The notes under the pieces: generated by a model
Databases searched by the model: none
Seen by the model: the letters and a program-made list of their open reading frames with translations, nothing else
What the model was told of the DNA's origin: nothing
Origin: a bacterium
Lineage (GTDB): Bacteria; Cyanobacteriota; Vampirovibrionia; Gastranaerophilales; JBAXKC01
Direction of reading: 5' to 3'
Length of the DNA: 64,000 nt
NCBI GenBank assembly: GCA_037137535.1
Contig: JBAXKC010000002.1
Coordinates: forward strand, 64,001-128,000
Shown: piece after piece, positions 1 to 8,713 of the stretch
How the letters are laid out: each line of letters begins with the position of its first letter
Numbering within the stretch: position 1 is the first letter of the stretch
Program-made: the position numbers and the translations under genes

Positions 1-2
1 CG

Positions 3-548
3 GCCGAAGAAGCTGTAAGAGTTGCTAGACTGGCAAAAGCAATGGGCTTAAATAATTGGATAAAACTTGAAGTAATTCCAGATCCAAAATATTTACTGCC
101 CGATCCGGTTGGAACGTATGAAGCAGCAAAAATATTAGTTGATGAAGGTTTTGTAGTTCTTCCTTATATTAATGCTGACCCGATACTTGCAAAAAGATTG
201 GAAGATATTGGTTGCGCTACAGTAATGCCTTTAGCTTCGCCAATTGGCACAGGACAAGGCGTTAAAACACTTGAACAAATTAAAATTATTATTGAACAAT
301 CAAATGTACCTGTTGTTGTTGATGCAGGACTGGGCGTTCCATCGGAAGCAGCGCAAGTTATGGAACTTGGTGCAGACTTTGTAATGGTAAATACTGCCAT
401 TGCTGGAGCAGAAGCCCCTGTAAAAATGGCAGAAGCATTTAAACTCGGAGTAGAAGCAGGAAGATTAGCTTATGAGTCAGGAAGAATGCCTATTAAAGCA
501 TATGCAAGTGCATCATCTCCACTAACAGGAATAGTTGGAAAGAACTAA
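3..548 (+). CDS. thiG: Thiazole synthase, 5'-truncated by window edge
   Basis: [39 protein letters not shown] and ASASSP motifs; frame is open from position 3 ([13 protein letters not shown]). Confidence 0.95.
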   Translation, partial: AEEAVRVARLAKAMGLNNWIKLEVIPDPKYLLPDPVGTYEAAKILVDEGFVVLPYINADPILAKRLEDIGCATVMPLASPIGTGQGVKTLEQIKIIIEQSNVPVVVDAGLGVPSEAAQVMELGADFVMVNTAIAGAEAPVKMAEAFKLGVEAGRLAYESGRMPIKAYASASSPLTGIVGKN

Positions 549-550
549 AC

Positions 551-1312
551 TTAATTATTTAGTCCAAATAGCAAACTTAACCCATCAAGAGTTAAATTAG
601 GACTAAAATAATCAATAGGTCTTTTTAAATAATTTTTAATAATTTGAGAATATCCGCCCGTTGCTATTGTAGTGACGGGCATATTTAATTCATCTTCTAT
701 TCTGGCAATAATACCTTCAGTTAAAGCAGCATGCCCGATTACAATACCACTTAACATATTATCAATAGTATTACGACCAATTACATTTTGCGGAGTTGCA
801 ATTTTTATATTAGGCAATAAAGAAGTATTTGAACTTAAGGCATTAGCTGAAATATTTAAGCCTGGAGCAATTACACCACCTATAAACTCGTCTTTATATA
901 AAACATCAAAAGTAGTAGCTGTACCAAAATCGATTACAACAGCAGGCGAACCATACGTTTTATAAGCAGCATAAGCATTTGCAATTCTATCCGCACCAAC
1001 CTGCTTGGGGTTTTCAACATTTAATTTTACACCTGTATTTATTTTATGAGATAAAACCATAACAGGTATACCTAAATATTTTTTAATAGCTTTCTCAAAG
1101 GTTTCAGTCAAGGGAAGAACAACACTTGCGACAATTGCATGATTAATTTTATTTTCTAAACCTTTATGATTAATAATCGAACTTAAAATAATGCCATATT
1201 CATCTTCAAGTCTGTCTTTTTCACTTTTAAAACGCCAACAGTCTAATAAAATACCATTTTCATAAATTCCAAGCGTTATATTTGTGTTTCCAATGTCTGC
1301 AGTAAGAAGCAT
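551..1312 (-). CDS. coaX: Type III pantothenate kinase
   Basis: DIGNTN, VGADRIAN, VIDFGTATTFD, IATGG motifs. Confidence 0.95.
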   Translation of the reverse strand: MLLTADIGNTNITLGIYENGILLDCWRFKSEKDRLEDEYGIILSSIINHKGLENKINHAIVASVVLPLTETFEKAIKKYLGIPVMVLSHKINTGVKLNVENPKQVGADRIANAYAAYKTYGSPAVVIDFGTATTFDVLYKDEFIGGVIAPGLNISANALSSNTSLLPNIKIATPQNVIGRNTIDNMLSGIVIGHAALTEGIIARIEDELNMPVTTIATGGYSQIIKNYLKRPIDYFSPNLTLDGLSLLFGLNN

Positions 1313-1327
1313 TTTAACCTCAACTTA

Positions 1328-2236
1328 TTATTTAGTAGATACGTCCTGTTTAAATTTTGTTTCAGCTTCAACCAATGCATCATTACCGACAAGTTGTTCT
1401 AGTGAAGCTCTAGCCTTTAAAGCATCCTGTTTAGCCTGAAATTGAAGATCGGTAGATTCTCGATAAAATACATCAGCTATTGAGTGCTGCTCAACGGATT
1501 TATTTTGAGATTTCAGGTAAAAGTCATATCTGTTTTTTACAATTTCATCAATTTTATCAAGTCTTTCTAACGCATTTTTATAATCATAATATTGCTTAAC
1601 TAAAGTACTTTGAAGATTATCCGTCTGTTGAGCAAGCAATACCAATTCTGTATCAGTAACTCTTGATAACTTATTATTGACAAAACTATCATCTGATAAC
1701 ACCGAGGATAAAAGACTACCGCCTAAAATAGTGCTGCTGCCTGCAATAACGTTACTTGCTCCCATACCTAAGATAGGAGTAACACTTGCCAGAGGAGATA
1801 ATATTTTTTTTACAATACTTTTCTTTTGCTCTTCTCCATTAGGATTAGAAAGTTTATAAATTGCAAACCTTAGCGTTTCGCTTTTAGCAACAGTTGCTTG
1901 CCACAAAACTCTTAAATTTTCCAAATCAGCAGTTTTTGTATCGTCTATTCCCCACTTAACTTCTTTCGCTAATTGTTTAATATCAAAATCTGTATAATTA
2001 ATTTCTTTACTCAAATTATTCTCAAGACTTGGCACGCCCTTTTGTAATGAACTATCTTTGATTTTCTCAGGCAAAACAGCAGGCATATCAACTTTATTGT
2101 ATTCAACCATACCGTTTAATCCGATTCTTGGAATAATAGACTTAACCTTATCTGATGGTGAAGAAAAAACCGCATTGCTATAAAGAACAGACAATAATAG
2201 AGAAGAACAAAATAATATTTTTTTAATTTTCATCAT
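1328..2236 (-). CDS. Secreted helical hypothetical protein, paralog of the adjacent gene
   Basis: Sec-like N-terminus; shares LW..(T/A)VA, DTEL..LA, YYDYK and R..LE.L.G blocks with 2233..3099. Confidence 0.8.
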   Translation of the reverse strand: MMKIKKILFCSSLLLSVLYSNAVFSSPSDKVKSIIPRIGLNGMVEYNKVDMPAVLPEKIKDSSLQKGVPSLENNLSKEINYTDFDIKQLAKEVKWGIDDTKTADLENLRVLWQATVAKSETLRFAIYKLSNPNGEEQKKSIVKKILSPLASVTPILGMGASNVIAGSSTILGGSLLSSVLSDDSFVNNKLSRVTDTELVLLAQQTDNLQSTLVKQYYDYKNALERLDKIDEIVKNRYDFYLKSQNKSVEQHSIADVFYRESTDLQFQAKQDALKARASLEQLVGNDALVEAETKFKQDVSTK

Positions 2237-3099
2237 TTATTTGTTCCTTCCGACTTTACATCATCTAATTTAATATTCTCAGGAACAGCCAGATTAAGTT
2301 TATCAACCGTATCAGCACCTGATAGCCTTTCAAGCTCAAGCCTGCTTAACTTAGCCTGTTGCATTAACTTCATCTCAACCAGCTCTTCTTTGTCATATAA
2401 AGCTGATGTAGCAATCATAGATATAGCATTTTGACTTTTTATAGCATCAGAATAATTTTTTGAATGAATTGCTAAATTTTGCCTGCAAACTCTAAGAGCT
2501 TCTAAAGAAGATTTATAATCATAATAATTTTTTATAACTTTTCCCTGCAAACCATCTATAAGTTCAGCAAGGTGGATAAGCTCCGTATCACTCAGAGGTA
2601 AATCAGTAGGCATATTTTTTTGAGTTAAAACCCTACTTGCCAAACTACCTCCGGCACTTGCAGCTGAAGCAGTAAAAGCATCAGCACCAAACAATCCTGG
2701 TAATATGGCGACTCCGTTTATTAGAGCTGAAAGGCTTTTTGTCATTAAAGAAGAGTGTAATCTTCTTTGTTCAGGAGGAGCTGACAATTTTCTCAATGCA
2801 AATTTAATAACAGTATTTCTTGCTACTGCCTCATCCCATAAAAATTTTATATCTTTTGAATCTTCTTCTTTTTGAATAGCTATAGTTTTATTAATTTTAT
2901 TCTGATCATTTTCAAAAAGGTTTCCATCTAGAGTTTTAGGGGAACTATGAATTCTTAATTCGCTTTTTTCAGAAGGAGTTAAGTTTATTTTAATATCAGT
3001 ATTTTTTGGAACATCAAGCTTTAATTCTTCAGTAAATCCAACATTACAGAATAAAATTGATGCACAAACAGTTAAAATAACTTTATTTTTGATTCGCAT
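2233..3099 (-). CDS. Secreted helical hypothetical protein, paralog of the adjacent gene (start MRIKNK at 3099 preferred over ORF-track start 3162)
   Basis: Signal-peptide-like MRIKNKVILTVCASILFCNVGFT; 4-nt overlap with next gene. Confidence 0.8.
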   Translation of the reverse strand: MRIKNKVILTVCASILFCNVGFTEELKLDVPKNTDIKINLTPSEKSELRIHSSPKTLDGNLFENDQNKINKTIAIQKEEDSKDIKFLWDEAVARNTVIKFALRKLSAPPEQRRLHSSLMTKSLSALINGVAILPGLFGADAFTASAASAGGSLASRVLTQKNMPTDLPLSDTELIHLAELIDGLQGKVIKNYYDYKSSLEALRVCRQNLAIHSKNYSDAIKSQNAISMIATSALYDKEELVEMKLMQQAKLSRLELERLSGADTVDKLNLAVPENIKLDDVKSEGTNK

Positions 3100-3332
3100 T
3101 GAATATACCCGATAACTCCTGCCTCTATAGTATTTATAACACATAATAAAGAATAAGTTCATAAATATATTACATTTTTTTACTTAATGCCCTAATTTTT
3201 CATGAATTATAAAATTGGGCTTTTAATAAATCAATTTATAATATTAAAATATTCTAATTGTAAATTATTTTTTACAATTTTCTTTAAAGAGTAAATTAAA
3301 GCTGCAAACTTTTCTTATTCTCAATATAAATA

Positions 3333-3383
3333 TCCCCAAACACCTCCCCAGATAAATTATGACCGCCCTATTGGCGGTTTTTT
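3333..3383 (+). ncRNA. Candidate ~50-nt C-rich small RNA ending in an intrinsic terminator
   Basis: CTGCAA-17-TATAAA at 3302-3330, TCCCCAAACACCTCCCC, then ACCGCC-ctatt-GGCGGT-TTTTT; no + strand gene ends here. Confidence 0.4.
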
Positions 3384-3475
3384 CATAGAGCTTAAATATA
3401 TATAATTTTATTTGCTACAATAAAGATAAAAAAAAATTCAATTATTTATATTTATGAAATATTTTTGAAACAATT

Positions 3476-3493
3476 AAGTGATATATTTCACGA
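3476..3493. promoter_or_regulatory. Possible Rex/CRP-type palindrome AAGTGATATATTTCACGA
   Basis: GTGA-N6-TCAC core, same core as the operators ahead of the hydrogenase operon. Confidence 0.3.
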
Positions 3494-3550
3494 TAAAGGG
3501 ATAAAACTGTTTTTTAATTATTATGCACGATTACAAAGAAAGTGGGAATC

Positions 3551-3973
3551 ATGATCAATTACTTAAATGAAATGGAACACGCAGGGCTGGATAATGATAA
3601 ACCTGTATTTCCAATTAGCGTAGTTGCTGAAATACTAGGTGTACACCAAAGGACACTAAGAATTTATGATGAAGCAAACATACTTGCTCCTTCAAGATCA
3701 GCTAAAAATCGTAGATTATACTCAGTAAAAGATATTGAAAAAGGAAAATTTGTTCAATATTTAACAAGAGAATTAGGAATTAATTTAGCTGGAATAAAAA
3801 TTATTTTTTATCTACTAGAACAACAAAAAATCAATCCTGCTAATTATGTGGATCACATAAATCAAATTGCTTTAAAGCTAGATATATCAACAGAAATACA
3901 GCAAGAAAACAGAATTAAACTTTCAAGAAGAGGCAGAAAACCTTCTAAAGCTAAAGAAGAAATTGAAGCTTAA
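3551..3973 (+). CDS. MerR-family regulator, HspR-like
   Basis: PVFPISVVAEILGVHQRTLRIYD...SRSAKNRRLYS...LGINLAGIKII matches the HspR/MerR HTH. Confidence 0.85.
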   Translation: MINYLNEMEHAGLDNDKPVFPISVVAEILGVHQRTLRIYDEANILAPSRSAKNRRLYSVKDIEKGKFVQYLTRELGINLAGIKIIFYLLEQQKINPANYVDHINQIALKLDISTEIQQENRIKLSRRGRKPSKAKEEIEA

Positions 3974-3991
3974 ATAAAGTTTATAAGAGCA

Positions 3992-4031
3992 AAAAAAGAA
4001 ACCTCCATAATAATGGCAGGTTTCTTTTTTT
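3992..4031 (+). terminator. Intrinsic terminator after MerR gene
   Basis: AAAAAAGAAACCT-ccat..atgg-AGGTTTCTTTTTT hairpin with T-tract. Confidence 0.75.
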
Positions 4032-4081
4032 GTATAAAAGTAGTAAAATACAGAATAATAGTAGATTTATGGTCGGTTTAT

Positions 4082-4759
4082 ATGAAATATTTATCAGTAT
4101 TTGACATTATCGGACCTGTTATGGTCGGCCCCTCAAGCTCTCACACAGCAGGAGCTGTAAGAATAGGACTTATTACAAGAACAATTTTTGGAGAAAGACC
4201 TGATTTTGTAAAATTTACTTTATATAATTCTTTTGCTAAAACAGGAAAAGGGCATGGAACTGACAAAGGTCTCGTTGGCGGATTGTTAGGCTTTAGAGTT
4301 GATGATGAAAGAATAAAAGATGCCTATAAATTTGCGGAAAGCAACAAGATAAAAATATTTTTTGATTATAAATATGATTCAGAAAGACACCCAAATTCAG
4401 TAGACATTGAACTGGCAAAATTTGATAGCGGACACAATATGGTTATCAAAGGTAATTCACTCGGTGCAGGTTCAATACAAATATCTTCTATTGACGGCAT
4501 AGAAGTCGATATTAGAGGTGATTATCATACTTTACTTTTGGTTTACAAAGACCAACCAGGAATGATATGGAAAGTAAGTAAATGCATTCAAGACTATGGC
4601 ATAAATATTGCTTATCTTAGTTGCGGAAGAAGTGAAAAAGGGCAAAAAGCCACCATGTCAATATTTTTGGATGGTATTTTATCAAATGAAGCAACAAAAG
4701 ACTTATACCAAATTCCTGATATGTATTTAATAAGAACCGTAGAAAAACTGGAAAAATAA
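4082..4759 (+). CDS. sdaAB: Fe-S L-serine dehydratase beta subunit with C-terminal ACT domain
   Basis: SVFDIIGPVMVGPSSSHTAGA, SFAKTGKGHGTD, HPNS, DQPGMI; ATG at 4082 preferred. Confidence 0.93.
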   Translation: MKYLSVFDIIGPVMVGPSSSHTAGAVRIGLITRTIFGERPDFVKFTLYNSFAKTGKGHGTDKGLVGGLLGFRVDDERIKDAYKFAESNKIKIFFDYKYDSERHPNSVDIELAKFDSGHNMVIKGNSLGAGSIQISSIDGIEVDIRGDYHTLLLVYKDQPGMIWKVSKCIQDYGINIAYLSCGRSEKGQKATMSIFLDGILSNEATKDLYQIPDMYLIRTVEKLEK

Positions 4760-4761
4760 TT

Positions 4762-5655
4762 ATGAAAAATGCCGAAAATTTTAAAGAGCTTATAAATATT
4801 TTAGAAATTAATAATTTTGCGATGTCAGAATATTTTATAAAACTGGAAGCCTGTTATCTTGAAAAGTCAGTTGAAGAAATTAGAAACTTAATGCTAATTA
4901 ATTTTACTGAAATGAAAAACAGTATTAAATCTGGACTTGAGAAAACAACCTTATCCTATAGCGGAATGTCAGGTAACGACAGTTGTAAAATACAACAAAG
5001 ATACACTTCAAATAGCAAAAGCCCTATGAATAATCTATTTGGCAAACTATTAAACTACTCAATAGCCGTAATGGAAGAAAACTCTCGAATGGGTAAAATA
5101 GTAGCTTGTCCAACAGCTGGATCATGCGGTATTTTACCTGCAGTAGTTATAGCTTATGCGGAAGAACTTAATATCGCGGATGATTTGGTAATAAACTCTT
5201 TATTTACAGCTGGAGGCATTGGAAAAATCATTGCTCAACAAATGCCTTTATCAGGAGCTGTTGCTGGATGTCAAGCGGAATGCGGTGTTTCATCAGCAAT
5301 GGCGGCATCCGCCGTAACAGAATTACTTGGTGGAAATAATCATCAAATAATCAACTCAAGCACATTAGCTTTAAAAAATGTATTGGGATTAACGTGTGAC
5401 CCAGTTGCAGGTCTTGTTGAAGTACCTTGTGTAAAAAGGAATGCTTTTTATTCTATTCATGCCGTTACTGCAAGCGAGTTATCCTTATCAGGAGTAACAT
5501 CTGTAATCCCTGCTGATGAAGTTGTAAGCTCAATGAAACAAATTGGAAATCTTATGTCGCCCTTACTGAAAGAAACCTCTTGTGCAGGTCTGGCTGTAAC
5601 TCCTACAGCAGAAATAATCACAACAAAAATAGAAAAGCAGGATGCTAAAGTCTAA
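4762..5655 (+). CDS. sdaAA: Fe-S L-serine dehydratase alpha subunit
   Basis: PTAGSCG, SGAVAGCQAECG, GLTCDPVAGLVEVPCVKRN. Confidence 0.95.
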   Translation: MKNAENFKELINILEINNFAMSEYFIKLEACYLEKSVEEIRNLMLINFTEMKNSIKSGLEKTTLSYSGMSGNDSCKIQQRYTSNSKSPMNNLFGKLLNYSIAVMEENSRMGKIVACPTAGSCGILPAVVIAYAEELNIADDLVINSLFTAGGIGKIIAQQMPLSGAVAGCQAECGVSSAMAASAVTELLGGNNHQIINSSTLALKNVLGLTCDPVAGLVEVPCVKRNAFYSIHAVTASELSLSGVTSVIPADEVVSSMKQIGNLMSPLLKETSCAGLAVTPTAEIITTKIEKQDAKV

Positions 5656-5666
5656 CATCCTGCTTT
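5634..5666. terminator. Bidirectional terminator between convergent genes
   Basis: AAAGCAGGATG / CATCCTGCTTT inverted repeat. Confidence 0.65.
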
Positions 5667-5693
5667 AATTATTATTTGAAATAAAACTTGCTA

Positions 5694-6266
5694 CTATTTA
5701 GCAAGTTTTCCTAATTTGTAGACATCCTCTAAAAAATTGCCTATTCTTGCTTTTGAAGCTTTAGATATATTATCAAGATAAGTTCTTTTTACAGGGGAAA
5801 AACCACAAAAGCCCAATATGCCAATTTTCAAAGAAGTCCAGAAAGCATCTCTCAAAAATAAAGTTGTAAAAAAGGCGGGACTTCCTTGTGTATAGATTAC
5901 TCGAGCAGTTTTATCCTTTAATAAAGGTTTCAATTTGCCATTTTCTGTAAATTGAAAAGCAAAACCGGGTAATAGAACTCTATCAACAAACCCCTTGAAT
6001 AAAGCAGGTAAACCGGACCACCAATAAGGTAAAACCAAAACTATATGATCGCATTCTCTAATTAAATCTTGAACCTTTATTAAATCTTGCTCTAAATCCA
6101 TTGGTTTAGCATATCCATACTGTAGATTAGGATTAAAATCCAAATCTCTTATTTTTAATAAATCAACTTCATGTCCACCTGCATTTGCACCTTGCACATA
6201 CTTTTCGGCTAAAGTAGAACATAAACTTTCATTATTAGGATGACCATCTATTACTAATATTTTCAT
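5694..6266 (-). CDS. Flavodoxin-like NAD(P)H:quinone oxidoreductase (MdaB/KefF-like)
   Basis: ILVIDGHP, PYWWSGLPALFKGFVDRVLLPGFAF. Confidence 0.9.
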   Translation of the reverse strand: MKILVIDGHPNNESLCSTLAEKYVQGANAGGHEVDLLKIRDLDFNPNLQYGYAKPMDLEQDLIKVQDLIRECDHIVLVLPYWWSGLPALFKGFVDRVLLPGFAFQFTENGKLKPLLKDKTARVIYTQGSPAFFTTLFLRDAFWTSLKIGILGFCGFSPVKRTYLDNISKASKARIGNFLEDVYKLGKLAK

Positions 6267-6338
6267 TACATCACCTCATAAACAATAATATTTCAATATC
6301 AATATTATTACATATTTTTCAGTCAATGTTACATAAAA

Positions 6339-6896
6339 TTAAAAAACTATTCTGCAAATAATCAATGCAGCAGTAAGACCTGCAATATCAGCTATTAAAC
6401 CTGCAATTAAAGCATGTCTGAACTTTTTTATTCCAACCGAACCAAAATATACAGCAAGAACATAAAAAGTAGTTTCTGTGCTTCCGACCATAACCCCTGC
6501 AAGTTTTGAGATAAAAGCATTGCCACCATATTTATGGCAAATCTCTGACATTATACCCAAAGCACCGCTACCTGATAAAGGTCTTATTATTGCTAAAGGG
6601 AGAATATCAGCAGGCATTCCTATAACTTTTAAGAAAGGGGAAAATACATGAGCTATAAAATCAATAGCTCCAGAAGCTCTAAACATTGAAACCGCAGTGA
6701 TTATTGCAACAAGATAGGGAATAATACTTACACCTGTTTGAAATCCTTCTTTTGCCCCTTCTATGAAAGTTTCATAAACAGGCACTTTTTTAATTAATCC
6801 ATATAAACAGATGCCTACAACTATGACTGGTATTATAAAAGCTGAAAAAACACTTAATACAGTTTTAAATAAATATAAGAATTCATTCATTTTCAA
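6339..6896 (-). CDS. spmB: Spore maturation protein B-like membrane protein (Gate domain)
   Basis: VYETFIEGAKEG, RPLSGSGALG, GSTETTFYVLAVYFGSVGIKK.RHAL. Confidence 0.9.
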   Translation of the reverse strand: MKMNEFLYLFKTVLSVFSAFIIPVIVVGICLYGLIKKVPVYETFIEGAKEGFQTGVSIIPYLVAIITAVSMFRASGAIDFIAHVFSPFLKVIGMPADILPLAIIRPLSGSGALGIMSEICHKYGGNAFISKLAGVMVGSTETTFYVLAVYFGSVGIKKFRHALIAGLIADIAGLTAALIICRIVF

Positions 6897-7542
6897 CTAA
6901 CTCCTTCAAAACAAGGTTAGAATCAGCTTTAATAGACGGATAATCTTTAAGCTTAAAAAACGGCAGCTTTTCAAGAGTCTTTACAGTAAAAATAGCTATG
7001 GTTAAAGCTATTGCAGTAGACATTAAAGTAGGAGCTATAATCTCTGAAGGATTTTTATTTCCTGTAGAAGCAAGCACCGCCATTATTGTAACTGGTATTA
7101 ACTGAAATCCTGCCGTATTTATGGCTAAAAAAGTACACATAGCATTTGTTGCAGTATCTTTTGTTTTATTTAATTCCTGTAATTCTTTCATTGCCTTAAT
7201 CCCTAAAGGTGTTGCAGCATTAGATAAACCTAAAGCATTAGCTGAAAAATTCATAGCAATTGAAGTCACTGCGGGATGATCAGAAGGAATATCAGGAAAA
7301 AGCCTTGAAGCTAAAGGCTTTAATAATTTTGAAAAAGAATTTACTAATCCTGATTGTTCAGCTATTTTCATTATCCCCATCCAAAAAGACATAATACCAA
7401 TTAAAGAAATTGATATTGTTACTGCATCTGTAGCAGCTTGCATTGAACTCTCTGAAATTTTCTGAGCAGTTGAAACATTCCCGCTGAAAACTGCAACAAT
7501 TAATGCAAATAGCATCAATCCAACCCAAATATATCCTATCAA
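6883..7542 (-). CDS. spmA: Spore maturation protein A-like membrane protein (TTG start)
   Basis: FWMGIMKIAE, LFPDIP, NFSANALGLSNAATPLGIKAMKELQ. Confidence 0.9.
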   Translation of the reverse strand: MIGYIWVGLMLFALIVAVFSGNVSTAQKISESSMQAATDAVTISISLIGIMSFWMGIMKIAEQSGLVNSFSKLLKPLASRLFPDIPSDHPAVTSIAMNFSANALGLSNAATPLGIKAMKELQELNKTKDTATNAMCTFLAINTAGFQLIPVTIMAVLASTGNKNPSEIIAPTLMSTAIALTIAIFTVKTLEKLPFFKLKDYPSIKADSNLVLKELVENE

Positions 7543-7747
7543 ATGAACTCACTCCTTTACATAATATATATATAATCTTTAAACATTATCTTTAACTTCT
7601 CCTAATTATAAAAACTTTCAGTAAATTCGTTATATTAATAAATAGATACATATTTGAATAAACACTTGAAGTTTTTTAAATTAACCTGTTTAATGTATAA
7701 GGGAATTTTTTTCTAAAGGTATAATAGAGAGAAAATATGAAAACGTT

Positions 7748-8710
7748 ATGAATAAGACAAGTTCATTAAAAGAAACAAATAATATGGATAATATAAGCTT
7801 AACTGCTTATAGAATTATCAGCATATTTAAACTTTTAAATGAAAAGCCTGTATCAGATAAAGATATTAACATACACCTGCAAAATATTATACCTGAAAGC
7901 CGTCCACTCTCTCAAGACACCATAGGTATATATATTAACACCCTAAAAGCAGTTGGTTGTAATATATCAAGACCTAAAAAATCTAATGATTATAAGTTTG
8001 AACTAATTGACCATCCTTTTAAGCCCAATATATCAAAAGAAGAAATAAGTGCGCTTTTTAATCTAAGAAAATTTATTGTATCTTTAGATGATTGGAAATT
8101 GATAGTTGAAACAGAAAAACTACTTGAAAGAGTTATAAATTCACTTACAGAAGTACAAAAAAATGAATATCTTTCGCTGAAAAAAACTTTATTCAGAGGC
8201 TATTCATTAATTGGTAAATATGAACTTATAGATACTTTGGAAAAATACTGTAACAAAAAAAGATATGTAAATTTCCACTATGAATCAGCTAGTGGAAATG
8301 AAAAACTCATAAATCTAGTTGCTGAAAAACTTTCTTATGAAAACGATGCTTTATATTTATGGGGATTTGATGTTCTAAATGATGAAATAAGATATTATAG
8401 AGTTGACAGAATAAATAAAATAACAACTATTAATATTGTAATGCCATCATATAGCGCTGAAGCGATAAAAATAAAATATAAACTTTCAGATTATTCAGCT
8501 GAAATGTTTACACCCTCATCAACTGATATTATAGTAGAAGAAGCAAACAATGTAAAAATAATTACTTCACAAATAAATAATAAATTTAAATTTTTTCAGG
8601 ATATACTATCCTATGGATCAGAATGTATTATTTTAGAACCACTAGAAATAAAAGAAGAACATATTAAAAGATTAAGCAATGTATTAAAATATTATACAGG
8701 TGAAAATTAA
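7748..8710 (+). CDS. WYL-domain transcriptional regulator (HTH-WYL-WCX), PafB-like
   Basis: N-terminal wHTH-like region, ALYLWG..YYRVDRI WYL motif, ILSYGSECIILEP WCX motif. Confidence 0.85.
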   Translation: MNKTSSLKETNNMDNISLTAYRIISIFKLLNEKPVSDKDINIHLQNIIPESRPLSQDTIGIYINTLKAVGCNISRPKKSNDYKFELIDHPFKPNISKEEISALFNLRKFIVSLDDWKLIVETEKLLERVINSLTEVQKNEYLSLKKTLFRGYSLIGKYELIDTLEKYCNKKRYVNFHYESASGNEKLINLVAEKLSYENDALYLWGFDVLNDEIRYYRVDRINKITTINIVMPSYSAEAIKIKYKLSDYSAEMFTPSSTDIIVEEANNVKIITSQINNKFKFFQDILSYGSECIILEPLEIKEEHIKRLSNVLKYYTGEN

Positions 8711-8713
8711 GAT

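Noticed and set aside
3189-3220. Imperfect palindrome GCCCtAATTTT...AAAATTGGGC
   Set aside because: Mostly A/T pairs with a bulge; no assignable function.
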